A stretch of DNA of 62,771 nt from Pyrinomonadaceae bacterium (GCA_035649995.1 DASRIM010000061.1:1-62771), one strand, 5' to 3'; shown: positions 26,445 to 35,675, numbered from the stretch's first letter. The notes: a model not told the origin generated them from the sequence alone. Translations and numbers: made by a program.

Positions 26445-27477
26445 ATCGGTGAACCTGAAAAAACTCGAAGACCAGGTCGTCGTGATTACAGGCGCGTCGA
26501 GTGGCATCGGACTGGCCACTGCGCGCATGGCCGCGAAGCGCGGCGCTAAACTCGTACTCGTAGCGCGCTCTGAGCCCGCGCTACAAGAGTTGACCGAGGA
26601 ATTGAAAGCCGCCGGCACTGACGCTATCTACGTCAAAGCTGACGTCGGCGTTGAAACCGACGTGCGAGACGTGCGGAATGCGGCGTTGAACTATTTCGGC
26701 GGGTTTGATACGTGGGTCAACAATGCCGCCGTGTCGATCTACGGCAAGATCACTGACGTGTCGCTCGAAGATCACCGCCGCATGTTCGATACGAACTACT
26801 GGGGCGTCGTTTACGGATCGATCGTCGCCGCCGATCATCTTTCAAACAAAGGCGGCGCGATCGTCAACATCGGCAGCACGGTGTCTGATCGCGCCATCCC
26901 GATACAGGGAATTTATTCCGCTTCCAAGCACGCCATCAAGGGATTCACCGATGCGCTGCGCATGGAACTGGAGCACGACAAGTTGCCCGTGTCGGTCACC
27001 TTGATCAAACCCGCGGCGATCAATACGCCGTACACGCAACACGCTAAAAACTATCTGCCGGTGGAACCGAACGTTCCGCCGCCGGTTTATTCGCCGTCGA
27101 TCGTTGCGGAAGCGATTCTGTATGCGGCGGAGAACCCGGTGCGCGATCTCTTCGTCGGCGGCGGCGCGAAGGCGCTGTCGATGGCCGGGTACTACGCGCC
27201 TAACCTGACCGACAAATACATGGAGTGGCGGATGGTCGACGCGCAACAACGAAGCGAGCCTTCTTTGTTGCAACACAGCGGACTCGACGGTCCGACGGGC
27301 GAGTTGAAGGAGACGGGCGATTACGAGGGGCACGTAGCGAAGACGAGTCTGTACACACAGGCTCGATTGCATCCGCGCCTCGCCGTGGGATCGTTCGCGT
27401 TTCTCGCGACGGCGCTCGGGTATGCGCTTTGGCGCCGCACTTCAACGAACGAAAGCTCGACTCAGAAGGGACTCTGA
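26401..27477 (+). CDS. SDR-family oxidoreductase with a C-terminal membrane-anchor-like tail
   Basis: It has a Rossmann motif (VVVITGASSGIGLATA) and a YxxxK motif (YSASKHAIKG). The start may instead be the ATG at 26431. The stop overlaps the next start (TGATG). Confidence 0.9.
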   Translation: MSSALTRTSGMQRGKSVNLKKLEDQVVVITGASSGIGLATARMAAKRGAKLVLVARSEPALQELTEELKAAGTDAIYVKADVGVETDVRDVRNAALNYFGGFDTWVNNAAVSIYGKITDVSLEDHRRMFDTNYWGVVYGSIVAADHLSNKGGAIVNIGSTVSDRAIPIQGIYSASKHAIKGFTDALRMELEHDKLPVSVTLIKPAAINTPYTQHAKNYLPVEPNVPPPVYSPSIVAEAILYAAENPVRDLFVGGGAKALSMAGYYAPNLTDKYMEWRMVDAQQRSEPSLLQHSGLDGPTGELKETGDYEGHVAKTSLYTQARLHPRLAVGSFAFLATALGYALWRRTSTNESSTQKGL

Positions 27478-28226
27478 TGCGTCATCCACTCGACGTCGAT
27501 CGACTCGCGGCTCGTCATCGTCCACGCGGCCAGCCGGTGATGCACCAAACATGGGGCAAACTGCTCTTCATGCACTGGCGCATCGACGAGAACCTGTTAC
27601 GTCCGCACGTGCCGTATTCGCTGGAGATCGACACTTACGGCGGTTCCGCGTGGATCGCCATAACGCCGTTTACGATGTGGGACGTGCGCGCGTTGCCGCC
27701 GTTCGTTCCACCTGTTCCCGGTTTGAGCTCGATGCACGAGTTGAACGTTCGGACTTACGTTCATTACAACGGCGTGCCGGGAGTTTGGTTCTTCTCGCTC
27801 GACGCGAACAGCAGCGCCGCCGTCCTGGGCGCACGCACCATGTATCACTTGCCGTATCACAACGCGGAGATCAAGCTCACGGAACGCGGCAACAGGATCC
27901 ATTACCGGCTCGACCGGCAGGACGATCCGCCCGCGGCGTTCGATGCCACCTGGACGATCGGCGATCCGCTGCGGCAATCGCAACCGGGCTCCAAAGAGTT
28001 CTTCCTGACCGAGCGGTACATTCTTTACACCGAGCACGACGAGCAACTCTATCGCGCGCGCATCCATCACGAGCCATGGCCGCTGCAAGAAGCTGAACTG
28101 ATCAAGTGGGGATCGACGATGCTCGAAGCGAACAACCTCGTGCAGCCGAAAAACGAACCCATCGTTCACTACGCCGAAGAGATCGACGTGGACATTTGGT
28201 TCCTCGAGAATGTAGAAGAAGACTGA
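27477..28226 (+). CDS. DUF2071 (YqjF-like) protein
   Basis: The start is the ATG at 27477 (MRHPLDVDRL...). WGKLLFMHWRIDENLLRPHVPYSLEIDTYGGSAWIAITPF is typical of DUF2071. Confidence 0.72.
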   Translation: MRHPLDVDRLAARHRPRGQPVMHQTWGKLLFMHWRIDENLLRPHVPYSLEIDTYGGSAWIAITPFTMWDVRALPPFVPPVPGLSSMHELNVRTYVHYNGVPGVWFFSLDANSSAAVLGARTMYHLPYHNAEIKLTERGNRIHYRLDRQDDPPAAFDATWTIGDPLRQSQPGSKEFFLTERYILYTEHDEQLYRARIHHEPWPLQEAELIKWGSTMLEANNLVQPKNEPIVHYAEEIDVDIWFLENVEED

Positions 28227-28445
28227 ACGCTTGTATTGAAAACGATCCTCGTCTCTCACGCGTCATGTAGTAATGCCAAACAACGAAAGTACATGTGTTC
28301 GCTGCCGTACTAATTCGCTCAACGCGTGGGAGTTTAATCACCTAGTAAGAACCGTCTCGACATATGTTTTGGCTAAATGCTGGCATGCTAATTGACGCGG
28401 CTGCAATCGCAGATGAACAAGGGGTCAACAAGGGGTACAGAACTC

Positions 28446-31184
28446 ATGAAGGTAGAAAGCATTCGCTCGCTCTCCGGACCGAATGTCTTTAGTCATCGCC
28501 CGGTGCTCGTCATGCGCCTGGATCTAGGCGAGTTGTTCGAGCGGGAGAGTTGTGAGTTTGAGGGCTTCAACGAGCGGCTCCTCACGCTACTTCCCAACCT
28601 GAAGAGTCATCACTGCGGTCTCGGCCGTCCCGGCGGTTTTGTGACGCGACTCGACGAAGGTACTTACTTCGGTCACATCGTCGAGCATGTCGCGCTCGAG
28701 TTGACTGACCTGTGCGGCGTTGGCGCCACGCACGGCAAGACGCGTCACGATGAGGCGCGCGTCTACAACGTGGCCATCGAATACAAAGCAGAGCGCGCAG
28801 CTACTTACCTTTTGCAGGAAGCAGTGAAACTCGTCGACGCGCTGCTTCACAAACGCGCTTTCGATCTCGCACCTGTGTTGGTGCACGCGAAGCAACTGGT
28901 CGCCGATTGGGAGCCGGGCCCGACGACGCGCGCCATCATCGACGCGGCCGAGCGCCGCGGCATTCCCTGGAGACGCGACGGCGCCGGCAACCGAGTACAA
29001 CTCGGATACGGAAAGCATCTGCACTACGTGCAGGCGGCAATGACGGGAAACACCTCCGCCATCGCGGTCGAGCTTGCGCAGGACAAAGACGAAACAAAAG
29101 AGCGCCTGCGACGCAGCGGCATTCCAGTTCCGCGCGGTATCGTCGTCCATTCACTCGACGAAGCGAACGAAGCTGCCGAGACTTTGGAAAAGCCGGTCGT
29201 CGTGAAGCCGCTGGACGGTCATCAGGGACACGGTGTTTCGCTCGAGGTGTCGACGGCGGACGAGATGAAAGTCGCGTTCGAAGGAGCACGCGAGTTTTCT
29301 TCCGCCGTGCTCATCGAGGAGATGTTTCCCGGACGAAACTACCGCGTCGTAGTGATCGGCGGAAAGATGGTGGCCGCGAGTGAGCGTTTACCGTCGGCTG
29401 TCGTAGGCGACGGCGTCAACACGCTACGCGAGTTGATCGCTATCGAGAACAAGAACCCGCTGCGGGGCGACGGCCACGAGAGGCCGCTGACGAAGATCAA
29501 GGTTGACGCCGATGTGCTCACCCACCTGGCCCACACGGGAATGTCACTCGACACAGTCCCGGCGGCCGGCGAAAAGGTAACGCTGTCAAATAGAACGAAT
29601 TTGTCAACGGGCGCCACCGCCTGCGACGTCACGGACAAGGTTCATCCGTCTATCGCTCGTATGTGTGAGCGAGTTGCACGTCTGATCGGCCTTGACGTGT
29701 GCGGAGTCGATCTGGTGATTCCCGATATAGCTACTCCGATCACCAGCGGCGGAGTGATCGAAGTAAACGCGTCGCCGGGCCTGCGGATGCACCATTTTCC
29801 ATCCGCGGGCCAGCCGCGTGATGTGGGCCAGGCCCTCGTCGATTCGCTTTACCCTCCGGGGGCGCCGAGCCGGATTCCGATCATCTCGATCACCGGCACG
29901 AATGGAAAAACAACTGTCACGCGAATGATCTCGCACGTGCTCAGCAAGGCCGGCGTATGCGTTGGGACGACTACGACTGACGGAATCTACGTCGACGGCG
30001 AGCGCATCGTCGAAGGCGACACGACGGGACCGCAGTCGGCGGCGGTCGTGTTGTCCGATCCGGCGGTCGAAGCGGCGGTTTTGGAGACGGCGCGCGGCGG
30101 CATCGTTCGAAGAGGTTTGGGTTACGACTGGAGCGACATCGGCGTGATGACGAACATCGGCGACGACCACATTGGCCAGGACGGTATCAAAACGATCGAC
30201 GACGTCGTTTTCATCAAGTCGCTGGTCGCCGAGCGTGTTCGCGAAGGTGGGAGTTTGATCCTCAACGCAGATAACGAGTACCTGGTCAAACTCGCGAAGT
30301 CAGAACGCATCACCCGGGTCCCGAAGAACATCGTCTACTTCTCGTTGAATGAACACAACCCCGTCGTGCGAGAACATCTGCGCGGGGGCGGCACGGCTTA
30401 TTTTGCGAACAAACGAGCGTTGATCGAAGCGACTGGCGAGACGCAACGAGTGCTGGCCGAGCTTTCAGGACTTCCGGTGGTGATGAATGGCGCCGCGGAT
30501 TTTCAAATCGCGAACCTGCTTGCGGCGGTGGCGGCGTGCCGCGCGCACGGCGTCTCGCAAGAGGTGCTGTTGAAAGGTTTGGTCAGCTTTTCTAGTTATG
30601 CCAACAATCCCGGACGCGCGAATCTGTACCGCTTGAACGGCGGACACGTGATGGTTGACTACGGTCACAACTCCGATGCGTTTGATGCGATCTGCCGCAT
30701 GGCGTCGGCATGGAAAGACAGGCGCGTAACCGGCGTCATCGGTGTGCCTGGCGATCGTGACGACTCAGTCATCACGCACGCCGCGCAGGTGGCGGCGAAG
30801 GGGTTCAATAAAGTGATCGTGAAAGAGGACCACGATCGACGCGGAAGGGAACCGGGCGCCGTTGCCAGTCTGGTTTGCGACACGGTGCGCTCAGTGTCGC
30901 CGTCGACTGACTGTGAAGTCGTGTTGGACGAGTCGGAGGCGCTTCGCCGCGCGATCGATCAGATGGTGAAGGGCGAAGTCATCGTCGTGTTCTACGAGAA
31001 GTTGCAGCCGATTCAACGGCTGTTGGAAGAGTTTTCGGCGGAGCCTGTACCGGCGTTGCCGCCGTTGCCAGTCGACTCGCCACAAACGTCGCCACGAACC
31101 AAGACGCAGCCGCGGTTCAAACGCTCATTCCCGACACGCTCGGCAATTTTGCGACTGCGGCACCACGCGACGGCCCCACCGTAA
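28446..31184 (+). CDS. cphA: Cyanophycin synthetase
   Basis: MKVESIRSLSGPNVFSHRPVLVMRLDLGE...GTYFGHIVEHVALEL is the N domain. It is followed by ATP-grasp and Mur-ligase-like parts (ISITGTNGKTT). About 45 aa of Pro/Arg-rich C-terminal tail are present. Confidence 0.93.
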   Translation: MKVESIRSLSGPNVFSHRPVLVMRLDLGELFERESCEFEGFNERLLTLLPNLKSHHCGLGRPGGFVTRLDEGTYFGHIVEHVALELTDLCGVGATHGKTRHDEARVYNVAIEYKAERAATYLLQEAVKLVDALLHKRAFDLAPVLVHAKQLVADWEPGPTTRAIIDAAERRGIPWRRDGAGNRVQLGYGKHLHYVQAAMTGNTSAIAVELAQDKDETKERLRRSGIPVPRGIVVHSLDEANEAAETLEKPVVVKPLDGHQGHGVSLEVSTADEMKVAFEGAREFSSAVLIEEMFPGRNYRVVVIGGKMVAASERLPSAVVGDGVNTLRELIAIENKNPLRGDGHERPLTKIKVDADVLTHLAHTGMSLDTVPAAGEKVTLSNRTNLSTGATACDVTDKVHPSIARMCERVARLIGLDVCGVDLVIPDIATPITSGGVIEVNASPGLRMHHFPSAGQPRDVGQALVDSLYPPGAPSRIPIISITGTNGKTTVTRMISHVLSKAGVCVGTTTTDGIYVDGERIVEGDTTGPQSAAVVLSDPAVEAAVLETARGGIVRRGLGYDWSDIGVMTNIGDDHIGQDGIKTIDDVVFIKSLVAERVREGGSLILNADNEYLVKLAKSERITRVPKNIVYFSLNEHNPVVREHLRGGGTAYFANKRALIEATGETQRVLAELSGLPVVMNGAADFQIANLLAAVAACRAHGVSQEVLLKGLVSFSSYANNPGRANLYRLNGGHVMVDYGHNSDAFDAICRMASAWKDRRVTGVIGVPGDRDDSVITHAAQVAAKGFNKVIVKEDHDRRGREPGAVASLVCDTVRSVSPSTDCEVVLDESEALRRAIDQMVKGEVIVVFYEKLQPIQRLLEEFSAEPVPALPPLPVDSPQTSPRTKTQPRFKRSFPTRSAILRLRHHATAPP

Positions 31185-31344
31185 ACCACATAAGGCACAA
31201 AAGACACAAAAGGCACAAAAGAGAGAAGAACCAACAAAGAAAGACAGAGGACATCATGTTGTCCCCTGTCTTCTGCCTTTATGTCTTTCTGCTTTTGTGC
31301 CTTTTGTGTCTTTTGTGCCTTCTGTGGTTCTGCCTTTTGTGGTT
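31184..31344. repeat. Long imperfect hairpin repeat built from GGCACAAAAG-type units, copy 2
   Basis: The 38-nt arms at 31184-31221 and 31292-31329 are reverse complements with one mismatch. Nested inner hairpins are AGAAAGACA/TGTCTTTCT and GACAGAGGAC/GTCCCCTGTC. An additional partial unit lies at 31331-31344. The element fills the whole spacer between two convergent stop codons. Confidence 0.9.
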
Positions 31345-32065
31345 AGAGTTGGGCCTTGTCGAGCACCATGTCCGATAGCCAGTCACGAACGTTTTGCAGG
31401 TGCTCCTCTTCGTGTACCAGCGCGGTCTCAAATTCGGTCTTGATGTCGTTGTAGCCGAGACCGTCCGCCAGCTCGATCAGCAACTCCCAACCGGCATTGT
31501 CCGTCAACTCCGCAGTCATCAGCGCCTGTAGACACTGAGGCATCGAACTCCGCGGATCCGTCAGCACCTGCATGATGCCGAGCGACGCAACTCCCGCAAC
31601 GTCAGCGCCCGGACTTACAACCGTCGGATCGCCGCCAATGTCCGTAATGATGCGGTTCAGCATCAGGAAATGCTCCAGCTCTTCGCTGCCGATGTGTTCG
31701 ATCTCTTGCAGCGTCGGACCCGGAGTCTGCTCGCCCAACGTCTGGCACTTGTTCAGCAGCGCTTCGTAAAGACGCGTCCCCATCCGTTCAAACGCCAGCC
31801 GCTCGCCCAACTTGTCGAGCAGCACAGCCATGCCTGCCTGATCTTCACTTGCTTCTGCTTCCTCTGAAATCGGCATCGCCGGCATCGATCCCAGCGCAAA
31901 ACCTTGCGCAATGTAATCAGTGCGATACTCGGCAATGTCCTCGACGCCGCCTTCAGAGCTCGGCGCCGCACTGTTTGCTCCTTCAATCAACTCCTCCGCT
32001 AATTCCGGCGACGTTTGTATGCCGGTGCGGTTACCCATTGCTGCTTGTGCCCCCGTGCTCTTCAT
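31343..32065 (-). CDS. Ferritin-like (diiron ExxH) domain protein
   Basis: The start at 32065 (MKSTGAQ...) overlaps the upstream stop as ATGA. ExxH motifs are EELEH and EEEH, and LAFERMGTRLYEAL is present. Confidence 0.68.
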   Translation of the reverse strand: MKSTGAQAAMGNRTGIQTSPELAEELIEGANSAAPSSEGGVEDIAEYRTDYIAQGFALGSMPAMPISEEAEASEDQAGMAVLLDKLGERLAFERMGTRLYEALLNKCQTLGEQTPGPTLQEIEHIGSEELEHFLMLNRIITDIGGDPTVVSPGADVAGVASLGIMQVLTDPRSSMPQCLQALMTAELTDNAGWELLIELADGLGYNDIKTEFETALVHEEEHLQNVRDWLSDMVLDKAQL

Positions 32066-33261
32066 GCTTTTGCTCCTTTTGCAAATGCGCTCTTCTTTTC
32101 CACCAGCTCGGTCCCCGGCGTCCACTGGTAACCTGCTGCGACGGTCTCACTAGGACTGCCTTCGGAGTTCATCTGTTCGCGGTAGGCGATCGATAACGGC
32201 GCTCGATCCGGTTCGTCTTCGACGTTGATGAACTGCGTTCCCGCCGCTCGCAGATCTACTTCGTTGTTAAGTGTTTCGCGGACGAACTGGCGATGGCTCT
32301 CGTACTCGATCGGATCCGGCAGCGTGGCCGGCAAGACTTCCGCGGGATCGCGGTTTTCGAAGCGTTGGAACAGATCCATCACCATGTGCAGGTGTCCCAG
32401 CTCGTAATCGCAGAACCGCTCCCAGATCTGCTTCACGCGCGGGTTCGTCTCGTATGCCATGCAACTGAAGTAGTTGTAGACCTCGACGGCTTCGTGCATG
32501 AGCCACTTCTCGAGCGGCGTTTCTTTCGGATCCATCAGCGATTCGTACTGCGTCACGTGCTGCTCTTCGATCGATGCGATCTCGGCGTACAACTGCCGCG
32601 CCAGCGGATCGGCGAACATCGGTCCGATCGTCATGTAGTAATCGTGCGTTTGGTTTTCCCCGGCGGTGATAGTGACAGCGTGAAGTTTGGTGAGTGGGTG
32701 TGCTTTCGTACAGTCGTAATGCTCGCGCAGATTGTCTTCCGGCGCACGATGTTCAACCACTGTCGGGCGGCCGGGCATGATATCGCTGTAGTTCTGCACG
32801 ATTGAGTTTGCGTCGGCGCCGCCTACGCGATCCATCAATGCCGAGAACCTGTACAGATGATCGAAGTCCTCCAACAATCCGAATCGATAGACTTGCGCCA
32901 GGTATTCGTCGGGCTCGTGCTGCGCGACGCTGGCGGTCACTTCAATAGCGACCTGTTCGAAGGCGATGGTCGTCTCCAACGGAGAAAGATCCGGAGGCAG
33001 CAACCAGTTCACCATTGTTTGTTGATGCTGTTCCACGCGTCGTACTTGCGCGAGCGGCAGACGAAAGTCTCCGTTCAGCATGCGAGCCATGCCGTGCGAA
33101 GTACGCAACGCGTTTGCTTCGATTCCGTTCATGAGGATGATGCGAACGCGAGTGAACGCATCGTCGTCGAGTTTGCTTGTTGGTGTTCGTACGAGGTCGC
33201 GCCAGGTGAAGAGTTGCTTATCGAGCGGCGTGCCTTTCTCCTTGAAGATATCGAGACTCAT
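32062..33261 (-). CDS. Ferritin-like/diiron-carboxylate family protein (uncharacterised)
   Basis: The ATG at 33261 (MSLDIFKEK...) has an AAGGAGGGGG SD; the track start at 33282 is a TTG. ExxH motifs are IEEQHV and YELGHLH. Confidence 0.62.
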   Translation of the reverse strand: MSLDIFKEKGTPLDKQLFTWRDLVRTPTSKLDDDAFTRVRIILMNGIEANALRTSHGMARMLNGDFRLPLAQVRRVEQHQQTMVNWLLPPDLSPLETTIAFEQVAIEVTASVAQHEPDEYLAQVYRFGLLEDFDHLYRFSALMDRVGGADANSIVQNYSDIMPGRPTVVEHRAPEDNLREHYDCTKAHPLTKLHAVTITAGENQTHDYYMTIGPMFADPLARQLYAEIASIEEQHVTQYESLMDPKETPLEKWLMHEAVEVYNYFSCMAYETNPRVKQIWERFCDYELGHLHMVMDLFQRFENRDPAEVLPATLPDPIEYESHRQFVRETLNNEVDLRAAGTQFINVEDEPDRAPLSIAYREQMNSEGSPSETVAAGYQWTPGTELVEKKSAFAKGAKA

Positions 33262-33457
33262 ACCCCCTCCTTGTTCGTTCAAGTCCTATAACTGGTGTTC
33301 GGCGCATTTAAGTGCGCGCGAGTTTCAAAGTCGTCGTTAGGCGCTTACGAAATTGTGTTGTGTGCCGGATAAGTTTGAGGCGTGGTTCTTGCTTTACATT
33401 CTGATGTTCAGAGAAAACGTTTGGAAATGCTACGCGACATTCAAGGAGGGATAAAGA

Positions 33458-34120
33458 ATGCAACCAAAGCCTGATCAAAATAAGAAATCCGGAACTCAGG
33501 TTAAAAAGGCGCCCACGGCGCAGCCCGGCCCGGCCGATGTAGGCTCGGCGAACACGCCCAGTCCATCTTCCGGCCAAACAACGTCTGGCCAAACAACGTC
33601 TGGCCAAACAACGTCGGGTCAAACAACGTCGGGTCCAACGGCCGGTCAGCAGACGGGCGGCGGCAACGATCTTCTTCAACATGCTAAACAAACAACTAGT
33701 GAAGTAGTTGATCAAGTGCAGCAACAAGCAGGTTCGCGACTCGACCGGCAAAAGGACGAAGCTGCGAAGGATCTCCAACAACTCGCAGGTGCCCTGCGAC
33801 ATCTCGGCGACGAACTTGGTGGTCAGCAACAGGCCGGCCCAATCGCACAGTACGCGGCCCAGTACGGACGCAAAGCGGCTGACGGCATCGAGCGGTTGAC
33901 CAACTATCTGCGCACGAACGACACGAAGGCGCTCGTATCCGAGATCGAAAGCTTCGGACGACGACAGCCGGCTCTGTTGCTCGGCGGAGCGTTCCTTCTC
34001 GGACTGGCGGGAGCGCGCTTTTTCAAGAGCTCGATGTCGCCAAGCGAACAATACACGGGTCGAGCATTGCCACCCCCACATCAGCCGTCGCACGTGTCCA
34101 CGACTACCGCGGCACTATGA
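33458..34120 (+). CDS. Low-complexity/coiled protein with a C-terminal TM helix (first gene of a stress-type trio)
   Basis: An AAGGAGGG SD is present. It has an (SGQTT)x4 repeat, a helical middle part and a C-terminal PALLLGGAFLLGLAGARFF segment. I prefer it over the antisense ORF 33308..34093. Confidence 0.6.
   Translation: MQPKPDQNKKSGTQVKKAPTAQPGPADVGSANTPSPSSGQTTSGQTTSGQTTSGQTTSGPTAGQQTGGGNDLLQHAKQTTSEVVDQVQQQAGSRLDRQKDEAAKDLQQLAGALRHLGDELGGQQQAGPIAQYAAQYGRKAADGIERLTNYLRTNDTKALVSEIESFGRRQPALLLGGAFLLGLAGARFFKSSMSPSEQYTGRALPPPHQPSHVSTTTAAL
33569..33643 (+). repeat. 15-nt in-frame tandem repeat x4 (+1 degenerate) encoding SGQTT
   Basis: Four units (tcc/tct/tct/tcg-ggc/ggt-caa-aca-acg) span 33569-33628. 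A degenerate fifth unit, tcgggtccaacggcc, follows. Confidence 0.95.
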
Positions 34121-34138
34121 AATTGAGGGAGGTAGATC

Positions 34139-34549
34139 ATGCAACCGCGCATTAACGAACCACGGCGAATGGAAGAGCGTCCGCTCGGTGAACTGTTTGC
34201 TGATCTTGCTAATGAGACCAGTAGCCTCGTCCGAAATGAAGTGGCGCTGGCACAAGTCGAGCTCACGGAAAAGGCTACGAGAGTTGGAAAGAACATTGCT
34301 TCGCTGGTTATCGGCGGCGCCGTGGCGTACGCGGCCCTGCTGGCAGTCTGCGCCGCGGTGATCCTGCTGCTGGCTATGGCAATGCCGGCCTGGCTCTCGG
34401 CTTTGGTCGTCGGGTTGATAGTCGGCTGCGTTGCGTGGCTACTGATTAGCAAGGCTATTACCGCGCTTCGGCAGACAGAGTTGAAGCCGCGCGAGACTAT
34501 AGAGTCGGTGAAGGAGGATGCCCAATGGATCAAAGATCAGATCAGTTAG
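34139..34549 (+). CDS. DUF1469 / putative holin-X family membrane protein
   Basis: 136 aa. PLGELFADLANETSSLVRNEVALAQVELTEKA is followed by two TM helices, which is the typical layout of this family. Confidence 0.72.
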   Translation: MQPRINEPRRMEERPLGELFADLANETSSLVRNEVALAQVELTEKATRVGKNIASLVIGGAVAYAALLAVCAAVILLLAMAMPAWLSALVVGLIVGCVAWLLISKAITALRQTELKPRETIESVKEDAQWIKDQIS

Positions 34550-35631
34550 ATGAAGCAGCCTGGCGCGAGAACCGGAGCACGACCCTGGGCGACGTCGAAG
34601 ACGACGCGGTAATGGCCGCCGAGCGCGGCGAGTATTCCGCCAGCGACGAGACGGAAAGAATCAAAGCGGAGATCGAAGACACGCGCGCCGAAATGGGTCA
34701 GACGATAAACGAAATTCAAGAACGATTGAGCCCCGAACATCTGATGGATCAGGTTAAAGAAACTGTTCGCGAGGCCACTATAGGAAAGGTTGAAAGAGCG
34801 ATGGACAAAGTAGGAGAGACGATCAGCAACGTAACCGAACCTGCGATGGAGGCCATGGGCCGCGCCGGCGAGACGTTGAAGGAAACCGGCTATTCGTTGA
34901 CGAACACTGTGCGCCAGAACCCGATTCCGTGCGCTTTGATCGGCCTTGGTGTTGGCTGGTTCGTAGTGAATCGAATCCGCCACGCTGATGGCGGCACGGT
35001 GGGAACGAGGTCGTATCAATCCGATTACGAATACGGAATGGCGAAGCCGATGTACGGCGGCACGGGACGGCAGTACTCGGGCAGCTCGGACGAATATGCC
35101 GGCATGTCTCGACAGTACGGCTCCTCGAAGCGCGGCATGTTCCGGCAAGTCAAAGACAGTGCGGGTGGTCTAATGCAGGACACTGGTGAGAAGGTGTCGG
35201 AGCTGGGTCACCAGGCGAGTGAAGGAGCGCGTTGGGCCGGTCGCAGTCTGCAACGTCTGATGTATCAGAATCCGCTAGCCGTTGGTGCAGCAGCAGTCGC
35301 TGTCGGCGCGGCGGTCGGGCTCGCGCTGCCGGCGACGCGCGTCGAACACGAGTACATGGGCGATGCGAGCGAGAAGCTGATCGACAAAGCTCAGCAGGCG
35401 GCTCGCGGTGCGATGGACAAAGTGAAGTCAGCTACGCAGGACATGGGCGGCCAGGGGCAATCGGGTCAACAAGCCGGCCGCTTCGGTCAAGCCGGAGAGG
35501 GACCATCGAGCCAGGGCCAATCGAACCCGGGGTCGCTTGAACCGCAAACAGGTCACGGCCAGGCGGGACGCGGTGAAGCCAGTCAGCCGTGGAACCCATC
35601 GCAACCCGGATCAACGGGTGTCCAGAGGTAA
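34525..35631 (+). CDS. DUF3618 domain protein
   Basis: ETERIKAEIEDTRAEMGQTINEIQERLSPEHLMDQVKETV is the DUF3618 signature. The C-terminal half is Gly/Gln-rich. The gene overlaps the previous one by 25 nt. Confidence 0.72.
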   Translation: MDQRSDQLDEAAWRENRSTTLGDVEDDAVMAAERGEYSASDETERIKAEIEDTRAEMGQTINEIQERLSPEHLMDQVKETVREATIGKVERAMDKVGETISNVTEPAMEAMGRAGETLKETGYSLTNTVRQNPIPCALIGLGVGWFVVNRIRHADGGTVGTRSYQSDYEYGMAKPMYGGTGRQYSGSSDEYAGMSRQYGSSKRGMFRQVKDSAGGLMQDTGEKVSELGHQASEGARWAGRSLQRLMYQNPLAVGAAAVAVGAAVGLALPATRVEHEYMGDASEKLIDKAQQAARGAMDKVKSATQDMGGQGQSGQQAGRFGQAGEGPSSQGQSNPGSLEPQTGHGQAGRGEASQPWNPSQPGSTGVQR

Positions 35632-35675
35632 GTCGATGTTTTAACTACGAAGCACAAGTGCAGAGTTCAAACGGT

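Noticed and set aside
28381-28396. Sigma54-like motif TGGCATgctaaTTGAC about 50 nt upstream of cphA
   Set aside because: The spacing is correct, but the essential -12 GC is GA (TTGA instead of TTGC). It is too weak to call without experimental or comparative support.
25349-31344. Whether the GGCACAAAAG repeats could be a CRISPR array or a MITE with a transposase
   Set aside because: The units are only 9-10 nt, directly abutting with no spacers, and arranged as inverted arms, so this is not CRISPR. I saw no target-site duplication and no transposase or RAYT gene in the window, so a MITE call is unsupported. I kept it as a generic REP-like hairpin repeat.
33308-34093. 261-aa minus-strand ORF overlapping the SGQTT-repeat gene
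   Set aside because: The plus-strand gene (33458-34120) has a strong SD and a sensible TM/helical organisation, and it starts a co-directional trio. The minus-strand product reads the repeat as RRCLA x4 and has no recognisable features.
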